Part shown: piece by piece, positions 1-8,332 of the stretch
How positions within the stretch are numbered: the first letter of the stretch is position 1
How the letters are laid out: the number at the start of each line of letters is the position of its first letter
IMG/VR virus record: IMGVR_UViG_3300013094_000027
Location: 1 to 64,000 of that record
From: a virus
Strand: one strand, 5' to 3'
Length of the DNA stretch: 64,000 nt
Position numbers and translations under genes: made by a program
The notes under the pieces: generated by a model
The model's database searches: none
Told to the model about the DNA's origin: nothing
What the model saw: the letters and a program-made list of their open reading frames with translations, nothing else

Positions 1-1
1 T

Positions 2-181
2 ATACTTGAGTCATTATTGATTTCATTACATACTTCTAGATGGACTGCAAACAAAGTAAAATTTACAGAAATTTTAGAAAAAATAGGTGCTTTTTCTTAT
101 GCAAGAACAAATTCAAATGGATTTGAAGCTGAAGAAGATGCTTTACGTGAAAAAACATTACGTGATTTACAATATTTATAA
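2..181 (+). CDS. 3' end of hypothetical protein (truncated by window start)
   Basis: Frame 2 is open from base 2 to TAA at 179-181 (ILESLLISLHTSRW...LRDLQYL); not in ORF track. Confidence 0.6.
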   Translation: MLESLLISLHTSRWTANKVKFTEILEKIGAFSYARTNSNGFEAEEDALREKTLRDLQYL

Positions 182-325
182 TGCATAAAATAAAAAAATG
201 TAAAACATTTTAAAATCTATTAGAGAGATTATATATGAACTGAATCTTTTGGAAGATAAACCAAAAGATATTTATAGAAAATCTACCTATAATATCTAAA
301 GCTTTGAATTATTTTTAATAAAACA

Positions 326-357
326 TTTGGTAAATTGAAAAAGATGTTATATATTTG
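326..357 (+). promoter_or_regulatory. Bacteroidota sigma-A type promoter for 395..616
   Basis: TTTG (326-329), 20 nt spacer, TATATTTG (350-357): exact -33/-7 consensus. Confidence 0.8.
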
Positions 358-394
358 TGTTGTAAACACAATTTTTTAATATAAAACATATAAC

Positions 395-616
395 ATGCTT
401 TTTCAATTACCGAGTGGCAAAACAATAGAAATTCCTGCAATAATGATGATTGATCTTACAGACGATGAGTTTGATTTAGAAATTCAAGATCTAATGGCAG
501 ATGATCACGGAGAAAATATAGACGATGCTTTTTATAACTCATCTTTAGATGACGGAAAACAAAAAGAGAACCCTATAGAGGATTCTCTTAACGATTACAT
601 TTTTAATGAAAATTAA
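395..616 (+). CDS. Small highly acidic hypothetical protein
   Basis: 73 aa, 20 Asp/Glu vs 3 Lys, ATG start, own promoter. Confidence 0.8.
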   Translation: MLFQLPSGKTIEIPAIMMIDLTDDEFDLEIQDLMADDHGENIDDAFYNSSLDDGKQKENPIEDSLNDYIFNEN

Positions 617-921
617 CTTAAAGGATTAAAAGCTTCTTTTACATCAATAAAGTCTGCTTGATTTGAATCTACAGCAGTTTTTAAAATTCTTCTATAAAGA
701 AGATCCAGTATCATGTAACAATGGTATTCAATGTCTGTAAAAGGAGTTTTTTCTTCTAATTGTTTTTTGAACAATTCAATTTTTTCAGGACAGTATTTTT
801 TCCAATTGTTTGTTATAATGATTATAGCTTGTGCAATAGCACCGGCATCATTATAATTTAATACAACTTCTACCGAAGCATCTCTTTTAAGAGAAGGGAC
901 TTTTTCTAAATTTTCTGACAT
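613..921 (-). CDS. Hypothetical protein
   Basis: 102 aa ORF with ATG and upstream consensus promoter. Confidence 0.8.
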   Translation of the reverse strand: MSENLEKVPSLKRDASVEVVLNYNDAGAIAQAIIIITNNWKKYCPEKIELFKKQLEEKTPFTDIEYHCYMILDLLYRRILKTAVDSNQADFIDVKEAFNPLS

Positions 922-937
922 AATTTATTATTTTTTA

Positions 938-969
938 CAAAAATAAATAAAAAAATTAAGCCCTCCAAA
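938..969 (-). promoter_or_regulatory. Bacteroidota-type promoter for 613..921
   Basis: Minus strand TTTG (969-966), 20 nt, TATTTTTG (945-938). Confidence 0.75.
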
Positions 970-991
970 TAAATTTTGTGAGGGCTTTTTT
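958..991 (+). terminator. Intrinsic terminator, possibly bidirectional
   Basis: AAGCCCTC...GAGGGCTT stem followed by T-run on +; A-rich on the other flank. Confidence 0.65.
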
Positions 992-1055
992 AAATCTTTC
1001 TAATGAGAATTCATTAGATGATTTGAGGTGGGATTTAAATATTGTTATTAAAATG

Positions 1056-1376
1056 TTAACACCATTTATGAAATTCTCGCCAACATCCATCAGTAGGAGT
1101 TGTAGGAAAATTATAAGATGATATAAGTGAGTTAGGAACTACTTGTTGTGGTTTGCCTCGATCTACACGATAAAAATATCGCAAATTATTTGGGTGCAAA
1201 CATATAGATGAAGTACCTGCTGGTTGAACAGGATTTGGAACTATTGCTATCCAATCACAACCTTTATTTGCACAAGGAAGGCTTACATTAGGATTAAATC
1301 CTTGTAAAGTTCCTACAATTGGAAATCCAATTGCATCTTTTTTAGCAAAATATTGTAAACATGAGTTATTAGGCAT
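1056..1376 (-). CDS. Cys-rich small protein with internal duplication, probably virion-associated
   Basis: Two similar halves LQYFAKKDAIGFPIVGTL / LRYFYRVDRGKPQQVVPNSL; late-type promoter upstream. Confidence 0.7.
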   Translation of the reverse strand: MPNNSCLQYFAKKDAIGFPIVGTLQGFNPNVSLPCANKGCDWIAIVPNPVQPAGTSSICLHPNNLRYFYRVDRGKPQQVVPNSLISSYNFPTTPTDGCWREFHKWC

Positions 1377-1392
1377 AAAATTAACTTTATAC

Positions 1393-1425
1393 TATAATAT
1401 ACAAATTATTTTTTTATTTTCCAAA
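1393..1425 (-). promoter_or_regulatory. Putative late-class promoter
   Basis: TTTG (1425-1422), 20 nt, TATATTATA (1401-1393). Confidence 0.6.
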
Positions 1426-2106
1426 TTACTTCTTACTATAGACATTTAGTATATGAAATCCAATTCCTATACCAAATACAGGTTTTTGATTAAAAGGGTT
1501 TATTCCTACAAAAGCATCTAGATCTAAAATAGGTTTTGGTTCATTTATTGTATACGCATTTGCTAAAGAAGTATTTATGAACTTATTAGTGTGTGTCATA
1601 TCTATGATATTTTCAGTTGGTTTTAAAAAATGTGTTTTTTTACCAAAAACTAATTGTACCGTATCGGGAACTATTTTTAAGTTAAATACACCTGTATCTT
1701 GTTTGATATTTCCGTAAAAAGAGTTAATATAATATTTATTTGAATCTATTACATAGATTTCGTGATTTATTGAATCTATTGTTATTTTTACGGTGTCATG
1801 TACAATTTTTGCACGATCTACATAAACAACTACACCGTCTACTTTAGAAACATTATACACTTTTTTTACAGAGTCTGTATATTTTTTAAAGTCTTCTTTA
1901 GAATATGATTTTTCATTTATTTGATCGTATTCATTTCCTTTTGCATCTTTTTTAACAATAACAGTATCATGTGCTGAAGTGGTTATTGATTGTATTTTAT
2001 TGACTGGTTTTAAATGCAAAGTTGCCGTTAATGTCAAAAAAATGATCAAAATAGTCCATATAATGATCTTATAATTTTTTAAAATTATGTTTGTTGTATT
2101 GTTCAT
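1426..2106 (-). CDS. Putative spanin-like membrane protein
   Basis: N-terminal TM helix (IIIWTILIIFLTLTA), C-terminal amphipathic beta hairpin (FVGINPF...VFGIGIGFHILNVY). Confidence 0.55.
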   Translation of the reverse strand: MNNTTNIILKNYKIIIWTILIIFLTLTATLHLKPVNKIQSITTSAHDTVIVKKDAKGNEYDQINEKSYSKEDFKKYTDSVKKVYNVSKVDGVVVYVDRAKIVHDTVKITIDSINHEIYVIDSNKYYINSFYGNIKQDTGVFNLKIVPDTVQLVFGKKTHFLKPTENIIDMTHTNKFINTSLANAYTINEPKPILDLDAFVGINPFNQKPVFGIGIGFHILNVYSKK

Positions 2107-2108
2107 AA

Positions 2109-2118
2109 TATAATATAC
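2109..2118 (-). promoter_or_regulatory. Putative late-class promoter box
   Basis: GTATATTATA ending 2 nt before the ATG at 2106; no clear -33 element. Confidence 0.5.
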
Positions 2119-2133
2119 TAAAAATGTTTAAAT

Positions 2134-2160
2134 AAAAAAAGGGGCGTTTAAGCCCCTTTA
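2134..2160 (-). terminator. Intrinsic terminator after 2174..2599
   Basis: AAAGGGGC-loop-GCCCCTTT stem with T-run on minus strand. Confidence 0.8.
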
Positions 2161-2173
2161 TTGTTTTTGTAAA

Positions 2174-2599
2174 TTAAGGTTTAATAATTGTAGGTGGTGT
2201 TTCCATCCCTTTAGAGATAGGTTGAATTTTAGAAATATAAGGCATATACAAATTACCATTTTCATGATTAATAGCCATATGCTTAATAAAATCTATTATT
2301 CCTTCATTATCTGAAATATGAAGTTCAAACCATTCTGGAATAGTTCTTCGTTCTACAACTGTTGCACCAGTTTTTGTTTTTTTAAATTCTCCTGAATCAT
2401 TTATTGCAGGAATTGCTTGCAACTCTTCTTTCTTTTCTTTATGTAAAATTACCAGACGTGAATTAGTCGGATCAAATTCAGCCATAAGAAAAGGACAATC
2501 GTGATGAATTGGAATCATCCGAAAACTTGGTAAAGTGGAATTATCACGTAAACGTGTTTCACACCTTGTAATCATCATTGTTTTTGTACTTACTGACAT
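2174..2599 (-). CDS. Hypothetical protein
   Basis: 141 aa ORF, ATG, followed by terminator. Confidence 0.8.
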   Translation of the reverse strand: MSVSTKTMMITRCETRLRDNSTLPSFRMIPIHHDCPFLMAEFDPTNSRLVILHKEKKEELQAIPAINDSGEFKKTKTGATVVERRTIPEWFELHISDNEGIIDFIKHMAINHENGNLYMPYISKIQPISKGMETPPTIIKP

Positions 2600-2623
2600 T
2601 TTTTAATTGGTTTAAGTAGTTAA

Positions 2624-2833
2624 TTACGCTGTTGGTGGTGTAACAATATTAGTTACTTGTGTTGTAATAGTATTGATACCTGTTGTTATGTTTTCAATAC
2701 TTGTTACTATGTTTTGTGATTCTGTTTGAGACAAAACAATAGTGTTTGATTGCAAATTTGCAATTTCATTTTGAGCATTTGTAAGTGCTGTCTGTAATGC
2801 ACTAAGAGCATTGTTTAGATCTGTAATTGTCAT
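2624..2833 (-). CDS. Small coiled-coil hypothetical protein
   Basis: 69 aa with heptad pattern, consensus promoter upstream. Confidence 0.7.
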   Translation of the reverse strand: MTITDLNNALSALQTALTNAQNEIANLQSNTIVLSQTESQNIVTSIENITTGINTITTQVTNIVTPPTA

Positions 2834-2851
2834 TTTTTTATAAATTTTTTA

Positions 2852-2883
2852 CAAAGATAAAAGATTAAAATTAATTATCCAAA
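2852..2883 (-). promoter_or_regulatory. Bacteroidota-type promoter
   Basis: TTTG (2883-2880), 20 nt, TATCTTTG (2859-2852). Confidence 0.8.
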
Positions 2884-2887
2884 TTTT

Positions 2888-5800
2888 TTAGAAATATCCT
2901 GCAACATTTCCTGAATAACCCATATATTTTCTAAAATCCTCATCAAACAAAGAGATTATTTCAGCCATTGAACTTGCACCAGGTATAAATTTAATAGCTT
3001 CTCTTGTAGGATGTGCTGATTTAAGCATGGATTTATTTCCTGTTACAGAACCATATATTTCTTGAAATTCATTAGTCATTAAGTTCCTAAAGTTTTTCAA
3101 AAGTCCTATTGCTGGTATGGTATTATTAAATAACTGTTCAAATTCTCGTGGATCATAATAAAATGAAAACTCATTATAGAATTTTGCAAATGATTTATGA
3201 GCAAAATTAAGTCGTGCTCTTTCATTTTTATCTTGCACTTGTTTTGCAATAGATGCTGATAATAACATCAAACTCAATGTACCTGCTGTAATCATTGTTT
3301 CACGCATCATTGATTTAATAATTCCAACTGATTGATGAAAATACTCTTCTTTTGACATATGAAAATCTTGACCTCTTTTTGCAAAATCTGCTTTAATTTG
3401 ATCATATCTACGATAAGCAGCTTCTCTTATACCGGGATTTGTTATTTCAGAGCCTAATAAAGAACTTAATAAAAGTTGATGTTTCATAAATCCACCGATG
3501 CCTTCACCACTAAAGAAATTATTAAAAAATTCACGCCATCTACCTACAGAATAAGTATCTGTAGCAGATTCATATTTCCATTTACCTGTTCTTGATTCTA
3601 CCTGACCGGGTATCCAGTTACGAAAACTTGTAAAAGCTTTCATTACAGATAAAGTATGCATACCAGATCTATCTTCAGGATTCATGTTACCCAATACTTT
3701 ATAAGTAACTTGTAATGCTGTTCTACGCATTTGGGTGTATGGAGATTCTATTGCTGTAGGATTACCATCTTTGTCTGTTGGAATTTTATCTAAATCTATT
3801 TTATTTCCTTTAGAATCTTCCCAATAAGGATTATTGTCTTTATCTAATTTCATTGTTGCATATAATGAACTTTTTTTACTTTCTTCAGTAACCGCTTCTA
3901 AAAGATCTTTATCAGAAATAGTTTTATTTTCAGCAGAAAGTTTATGCAAAATTTCTTGTCGTATATTTACAATATTTCCTGAATCATCTAATTTATACAT
4001 TTGTAATATAGAACCACCAACATGATTTTCAACCAATTCATCTCCTTTTCTATGACCGATTAAAAGTATATCTGTTGGATTTGGTATTTTTTTTGTAGTT
4101 TGTGCTTCTTTAGATAATTCTTTTCCAAGATGACTTTCCATGCGAAAATCAAAATACTTTATGGCTGCTTTCATTTTTGAATCATTTGTAGCTAATTTCA
4201 TGTAAGTATTTTTGATCATTCTATCGTTGAAATACAAACCTGATTTACCTTGAAAACTAATGTTACCTTCACCACCAACAATGTTTGACAATATTGATTT
4301 TATTCTAAAGGCAAGACCAACAACAGTATTATACTGAATAGCAGAATTTATTAATTTTTGAGTTGACAATTTTCTATTTTCATCTAAATGCACTAATTTA
4401 TTTACAATAGGTATTTTAGATATAACTTTATTTATTTGAGGTGCTATATCTATTGAATTGTCAAAATCTTGTACTTTACCATACATTTGTAAATCTACAA
4501 GTTCTTTTAATAGAGCAGCATTAGTTTTATTAAATGCTTCTTGACTAGGCGCATCTCCCTTAGAAGGAACTAATACATTTTTATTTTCTTCAGTAATAAT
4601 AATTTTTTCTACATTATTTTCTATATTTTTTAATGCTTTATATTTTTCAAAAGATTCAATTGTTTGAGTATATACTTTTGTAATGTCTACATTTTGTGAC
4701 GAAGCGTCATCTGAAGCATGTAAAAAAGGCATTTTTAATTCACGCCATTCTTCATTTGTTAAAGGATTTACATCTTTTTTGTTATTTAATTCTTGATTGG
4801 AATTAGATAATTTTTCCCATACTCTATCTACAGCATTTATATTTTCTCCTTGCATTTTTGCTTCCATCATTTTTGTACTAACAGAAGGAAAAAATGTATA
4901 TATTTGATGATCTTCTATTAAACCTTCTTGCGCAAGAGATTTATTAAAAGCAATCATATTATTATATAAAGAAAGTAATTCTGGAGTTTTTAGTATTTCT
5001 TTATATTCTTCAGAATACCATTTCTCATTACCTATTAAATATTTATTACCATATGCGCCATTTCTTATAGCCTCTGGATTTTCAAAATTTTTACCAACAT
5101 CGTATTTGTTAACAAATAATTCTAACTCTTGATCCATTTCATCTTTTGTAATTTGATTTGAATCAACCATTTCTTTTAAAGATGTTTGTTTTTTATTTAA
5201 ATCATTTTCGTAACGAGTTCTATCAAAAACAGTATTATTTTCATACCAAGACTTCATTATGTCTGTTGGCATAGAAGCCATTTCTTTTTTGGCTTTAAAA
5301 AATTCTTTTGTAAAATTGTTTATAAGAAGATAATTTCCCTTATAATCTTTTCTTAAAAGTTTTTCTTTAAATACTTTAATAGGGTTTGTATATTTTTCTT
5401 TTATTTCTTTTGCATTTTGTATAAAAGGTTGTGATTCTTTTTCTTGATTTGCACGAGAAGTTTCTATTGCTTGAAAATATAATCTTGTAAATAATTGAGT
5501 AGTTCTCATTTGAGTTTGACTTTGTGTAGTAGCCCATCTTTGAGTAAAATCCAACTGTTGTTCAGGAGTAGTAATATTTCCTAAATTTGCAAGATTTGAT
5601 AATTTTTGAGTTTCTTTTATGGCAGCTTCTATTAAATATTTTTCTGCACGAGCAGCCCTACCAACGTATTCATCTAAAGTGCTTTTTCTATTCTTAATAA
5701 TATTTAATTCTTCTGCTGTATAAGAACTATCTTTTAATTGTTCTAAATATTGCTTATTTAAAGAATCTTTTTCAAAAGTTTGAATAGCTCTCATTCTTTC

Positions 5801-8332
5801 AATTAATCTTGAAAGATTTATATCTTTATCACCTTTATTTAATTTTTCTATTGATGCTGCTGCATTTTGTAATTCTGAATAAATATAATCTGTTAAACCA
5901 CTAAGATCTTTTCTAAAAGCAATCTTATAAGCAGCATTTTGTATTTTTTTTGCACGTATTTCAATAGCTGTTTTTTCACTATTAGACATTTTATTAAAAT
6001 TACGTACTTGTTGTTTATACAAATTATTTAATTTGTCAAGTGTTTGTTGTATTTGTTCATTATCACTTTGATAAAAATGCACAATATGTGGTCTTAAATA
6101 AGCATCTTCATCTTCAAGATTTTCAAAATTAAAAGAAGATATTTTAATATCTTTTGGTATAAATCTTGCAACACCATTTTCATCATCAACATGTTCTCCT
6201 TCCAATTTTAAAGGTACCATTAAGTCAACTCTCCTATCTTTAAGACCATAAGTTTTAGCTAAAATATCTGCTAATTTATTAGATTGTTCAGTAAAAGATT
6301 TTTTACGACCTTCATCCAAACCTTCTTTGGAAAGACTTGCTATAGATTTCCAATCATATTTATCATAAGAACCATCTTTATAAATAACAAGTAAGTCTAT
6401 TGTACCAGCTAAACCAAATCCTTTAGAAAAATCATTTTTCTTTTTTTCATCAAAATAATCTCTATCTGCAATTTTTGCTTCAGGAATTATTATAACATCT
6501 TCATTTTTATAATGTTCTATGATTTCATGTACAAAATTAGCTAATTTATAATAGGTTTCTTCAGGACTTATTCTTTCTAAAGGTTCTATTTGACCATTTT
6601 TTCTTATAGTACCATCAGGATTTAAATATGATCTTAATAAGTTTTCTATATCTTTGTGTATGTCTGTACCTGCTTGTGCAATATCTAAGTTTTTTTGTAC
6701 TAATTCAGGATTTTCTTTTGCTCTAAAAGGTTTATCTATAGTAGATGTTACTGAAGAAGCAAAATGTTTTTTTTCACCATTTACATCTTCCGAATAAGTA
6801 TGCCTTCTTTGACCAAAAAGTTTATCTTTAGGATCATCAATAATACTATCATCTAAATGTAGATTTTTTTGTTCTTTTAATATTTTATTTATAGAATCTT
6901 CAGGTGTTATAGGTACTGTATTTTTATATTTAAATCTTCCTTTGTTTTGAAATACGTCTGTAAATACTTGATGATATAAATATTGTGAAGGATCTTCTTC
7001 TATATCATTTGGTTTTAAATCTTCTATATTCTTATTATCAATAATTGAACGATCACCTTTTAATATTGATTCTGCAATTGAACCTGCTTTAGCTTCAAGA
7101 GAATTTCTGTTTGTAAAACTATCAAAGAATTCTTTTATTTTGTTTATAATTCTTTGTAAAAGAGATGCGTTTTTTTCATCTTTTTTTATTTGCCATTTAT
7201 CTACAATACATTTTGCTATTAACTGATCAACAGCTTCTTTACGAACATGTTGTTCATCAGAATATAAATCTCCATATTGATCTTTAATATTTTCATAACC
7301 AGACCACAAATGAATATTCTTCATTAATTCATTTAAAACAAAATGATTTTCTCCCATTAACATTGTTATAATATGCGCTGCTTCATGTGGAATAGTATCT
7401 AATTTTGCAGGATTATTTTTATTAAGATATATGATTTTATTTAAAACATCTGCAACACCAAAACTATCTAACCCAAATCTTTGTTTAAAATCATCAATAT
7501 CTTGTATTTTTATTCCAAAAGGTTCTAAAAACTTAATTATAGTGTTATTTAAATCTTTATCTACATTTTGAATTTGATCTGAAGTTAATTTATGATAAAT
7601 AGTATTAGTATCTCTTTTTTGATCTATTTTTAAATCATTATCCGAACCTTGATTAAATTGTTTTATGTTTAAAAATTGATCTTGAGAATCAGCATTTAAA
7701 GCATGTTTAAAATAATCTTCAGGTTTAAAATCACCATAATTTGATTCTAAAGCACGTAAAATATTTATTCCTTTTGAGTGGGTAAGAATTGCCTCATCTG
7801 TAGCAATATTTCTTAAACTCTGTACAGCATTTGTAAATCTGTTATAAAATTCATTAAAAGATTCTCCACTGGGCACTTGTATATCAGGATTTTTAACATA
7901 AAATTTTTCAGGAAATTCTTTAGTAGGTCTGCTTTGAAATTTACCTAAATTCCAAGGTTTTAATCCTTCTACTGTAACAACATTTGCACCATTATATTTT
8001 TTTAATATTTCTGCTGTTTCTTGTGCACGAACTGTTGGAGAACTATAAATTGTTCTTAATTGTTTTGCATCTTCTGTTTTTGCTGTTTCAGTAGTTTCTT
8101 TTATACCTTTTGGTGCAAGACCAATTGGATTATCACCTGAATTTTTATCTTGTATATCTTCTAATGTTTCTCCATGATGAATAACATTTAGTTTTTTTGA
8201 ATCAAGTAATTTATTTGCTTGATCTAAAGTAGGTGTTTTTTCTCCATTAAGATGCCATGCTGCAAGTGCATTTCCTTCACCTAAACTATTTTCAAGATCT
8301 AAATATTCTTTGTTTTTTACAGGACAACCCAT
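2888..8332 (-). CDS. Giant ejected/polyvalent protein: histidine-phosphatase-like + zincin HExxH + PD-(D/E)xK nuclease + helical C-terminal region
   Basis: Likely start is ATG at 8332 (TAATG coupling with vRNAP stop; MGCPVKN). Motifs IHHGET/YSSPTVRAQETA/PSGESF/LTHS; PHEAAH...E; GTDIH...E...AGTIDLL...YDWKS. Position downstream of vRNAP as in crAss-like phages. Confidence 0.8.
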   Translation of the reverse strand: MGCPVKNKEYLDLENSLGEGNALAAWHLNGEKTPTLDQANKLLDSKKLNVIHHGETLEDIQDKNSGDNPIGLAPKGIKETTETAKTEDAKQLRTIYSSPTVRAQETAEILKKYNGANVVTVEGLKPWNLGKFQSRPTKEFPEKFYVKNPDIQVPSGESFNEFYNRFTNAVQSLRNIATDEAILTHSKGINILRALESNYGDFKPEDYFKHALNADSQDQFLNIKQFNQGSDNDLKIDQKRDTNTIYHKLTSDQIQNVDKDLNNTIIKFLEPFGIKIQDIDDFKQRFGLDSFGVADVLNKIIYLNKNNPAKLDTIPHEAAHIITMLMGENHFVLNELMKNIHLWSGYENIKDQYGDLYSDEQHVRKEAVDQLIAKCIVDKWQIKKDEKNASLLQRIINKIKEFFDSFTNRNSLEAKAGSIAESILKGDRSIIDNKNIEDLKPNDIEEDPSQYLYHQVFTDVFQNKGRFKYKNTVPITPEDSINKILKEQKNLHLDDSIIDDPKDKLFGQRRHTYSEDVNGEKKHFASSVTSTIDKPFRAKENPELVQKNLDIAQAGTDIHKDIENLLRSYLNPDGTIRKNGQIEPLERISPEETYYKLANFVHEIIEHYKNEDVIIIPEAKIADRDYFDEKKKNDFSKGFGLAGTIDLLVIYKDGSYDKYDWKSIASLSKEGLDEGRKKSFTEQSNKLADILAKTYGLKDRRVDLMVPLKLEGEHVDDENGVARFIPKDIKISSFNFENLEDEDAYLRPHIVHFYQSDNEQIQQTLDKLNNLYKQQVRNFNKMSNSEKTAIEIRAKKIQNAAYKIAFRKDLSGLTDYIYSELQNAAASIEKLNKGDKDINLSRLIERMRAIQTFEKDSLNKQYLEQLKDSSYTAEELNIIKNRKSTLDEYVGRAARAEKYLIEAAIKETQKLSNLANLGNITTPEQQLDFTQRWATTQSQTQMRTTQLFTRLYFQAIETSRANQEKESQPFIQNAKEIKEKYTNPIKVFKEKLLRKDYKGNYLLINNFTKEFFKAKKEMASMPTDIMKSWYENNTVFDRTRYENDLNKKQTSLKEMVDSNQITKDEMDQELELFVNKYDVGKNFENPEAIRNGAYGNKYLIGNEKWYSEEYKEILKTPELLSLYNNMIAFNKSLAQEGLIEDHQIYTFFPSVSTKMMEAKMQGENINAVDRVWEKLSNSNQELNNKKDVNPLTNEEWRELKMPFLHASDDASSQNVDITKVYTQTIESFEKYKALKNIENNVEKIIITEENKNVLVPSKGDAPSQEAFNKTNAALLKELVDLQMYGKVQDFDNSIDIAPQINKVISKIPIVNKLVHLDENRKLSTQKLINSAIQYNTVVGLAFRIKSILSNIVGGEGNISFQGKSGLYFNDRMIKNTYMKLATNDSKMKAAIKYFDFRMESHLGKELSKEAQTTKKIPNPTDILLIGHRKGDELVENHVGGSILQMYKLDDSGNIVNIRQEILHKLSAENKTISDKDLLEAVTEESKKSSLYATMKLDKDNNPYWEDSKGNKIDLDKIPTDKDGNPTAIESPYTQMRRTALQVTYKVLGNMNPEDRSGMHTLSVMKAFTSFRNWIPGQVESRTGKWKYESATDTYSVGRWREFFNNFFSGEGIGGFMKHQLLLSSLLGSEITNPGIREAAYRRYDQIKADFAKRGQDFHMSKEEYFHQSVGIIKSMMRETMITAGTLSLMLLSASIAKQVQDKNERARLNFAHKSFAKFYNEFSFYYDPREFEQLFNNTIPAIGLLKNFRNLMTNEFQEIYGSVTGNKSMLKSAHPTREAIKFIPGASSMAEIISLFDEDFRKYMGYSGNVAGYF

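Noticed and set aside
181-325. Replication origin, tRNA or ncRNA in the AT-rich gap
   Set aside because: Only weak AT-rich inverted repeats; no cloverleaf or iterons recognisable
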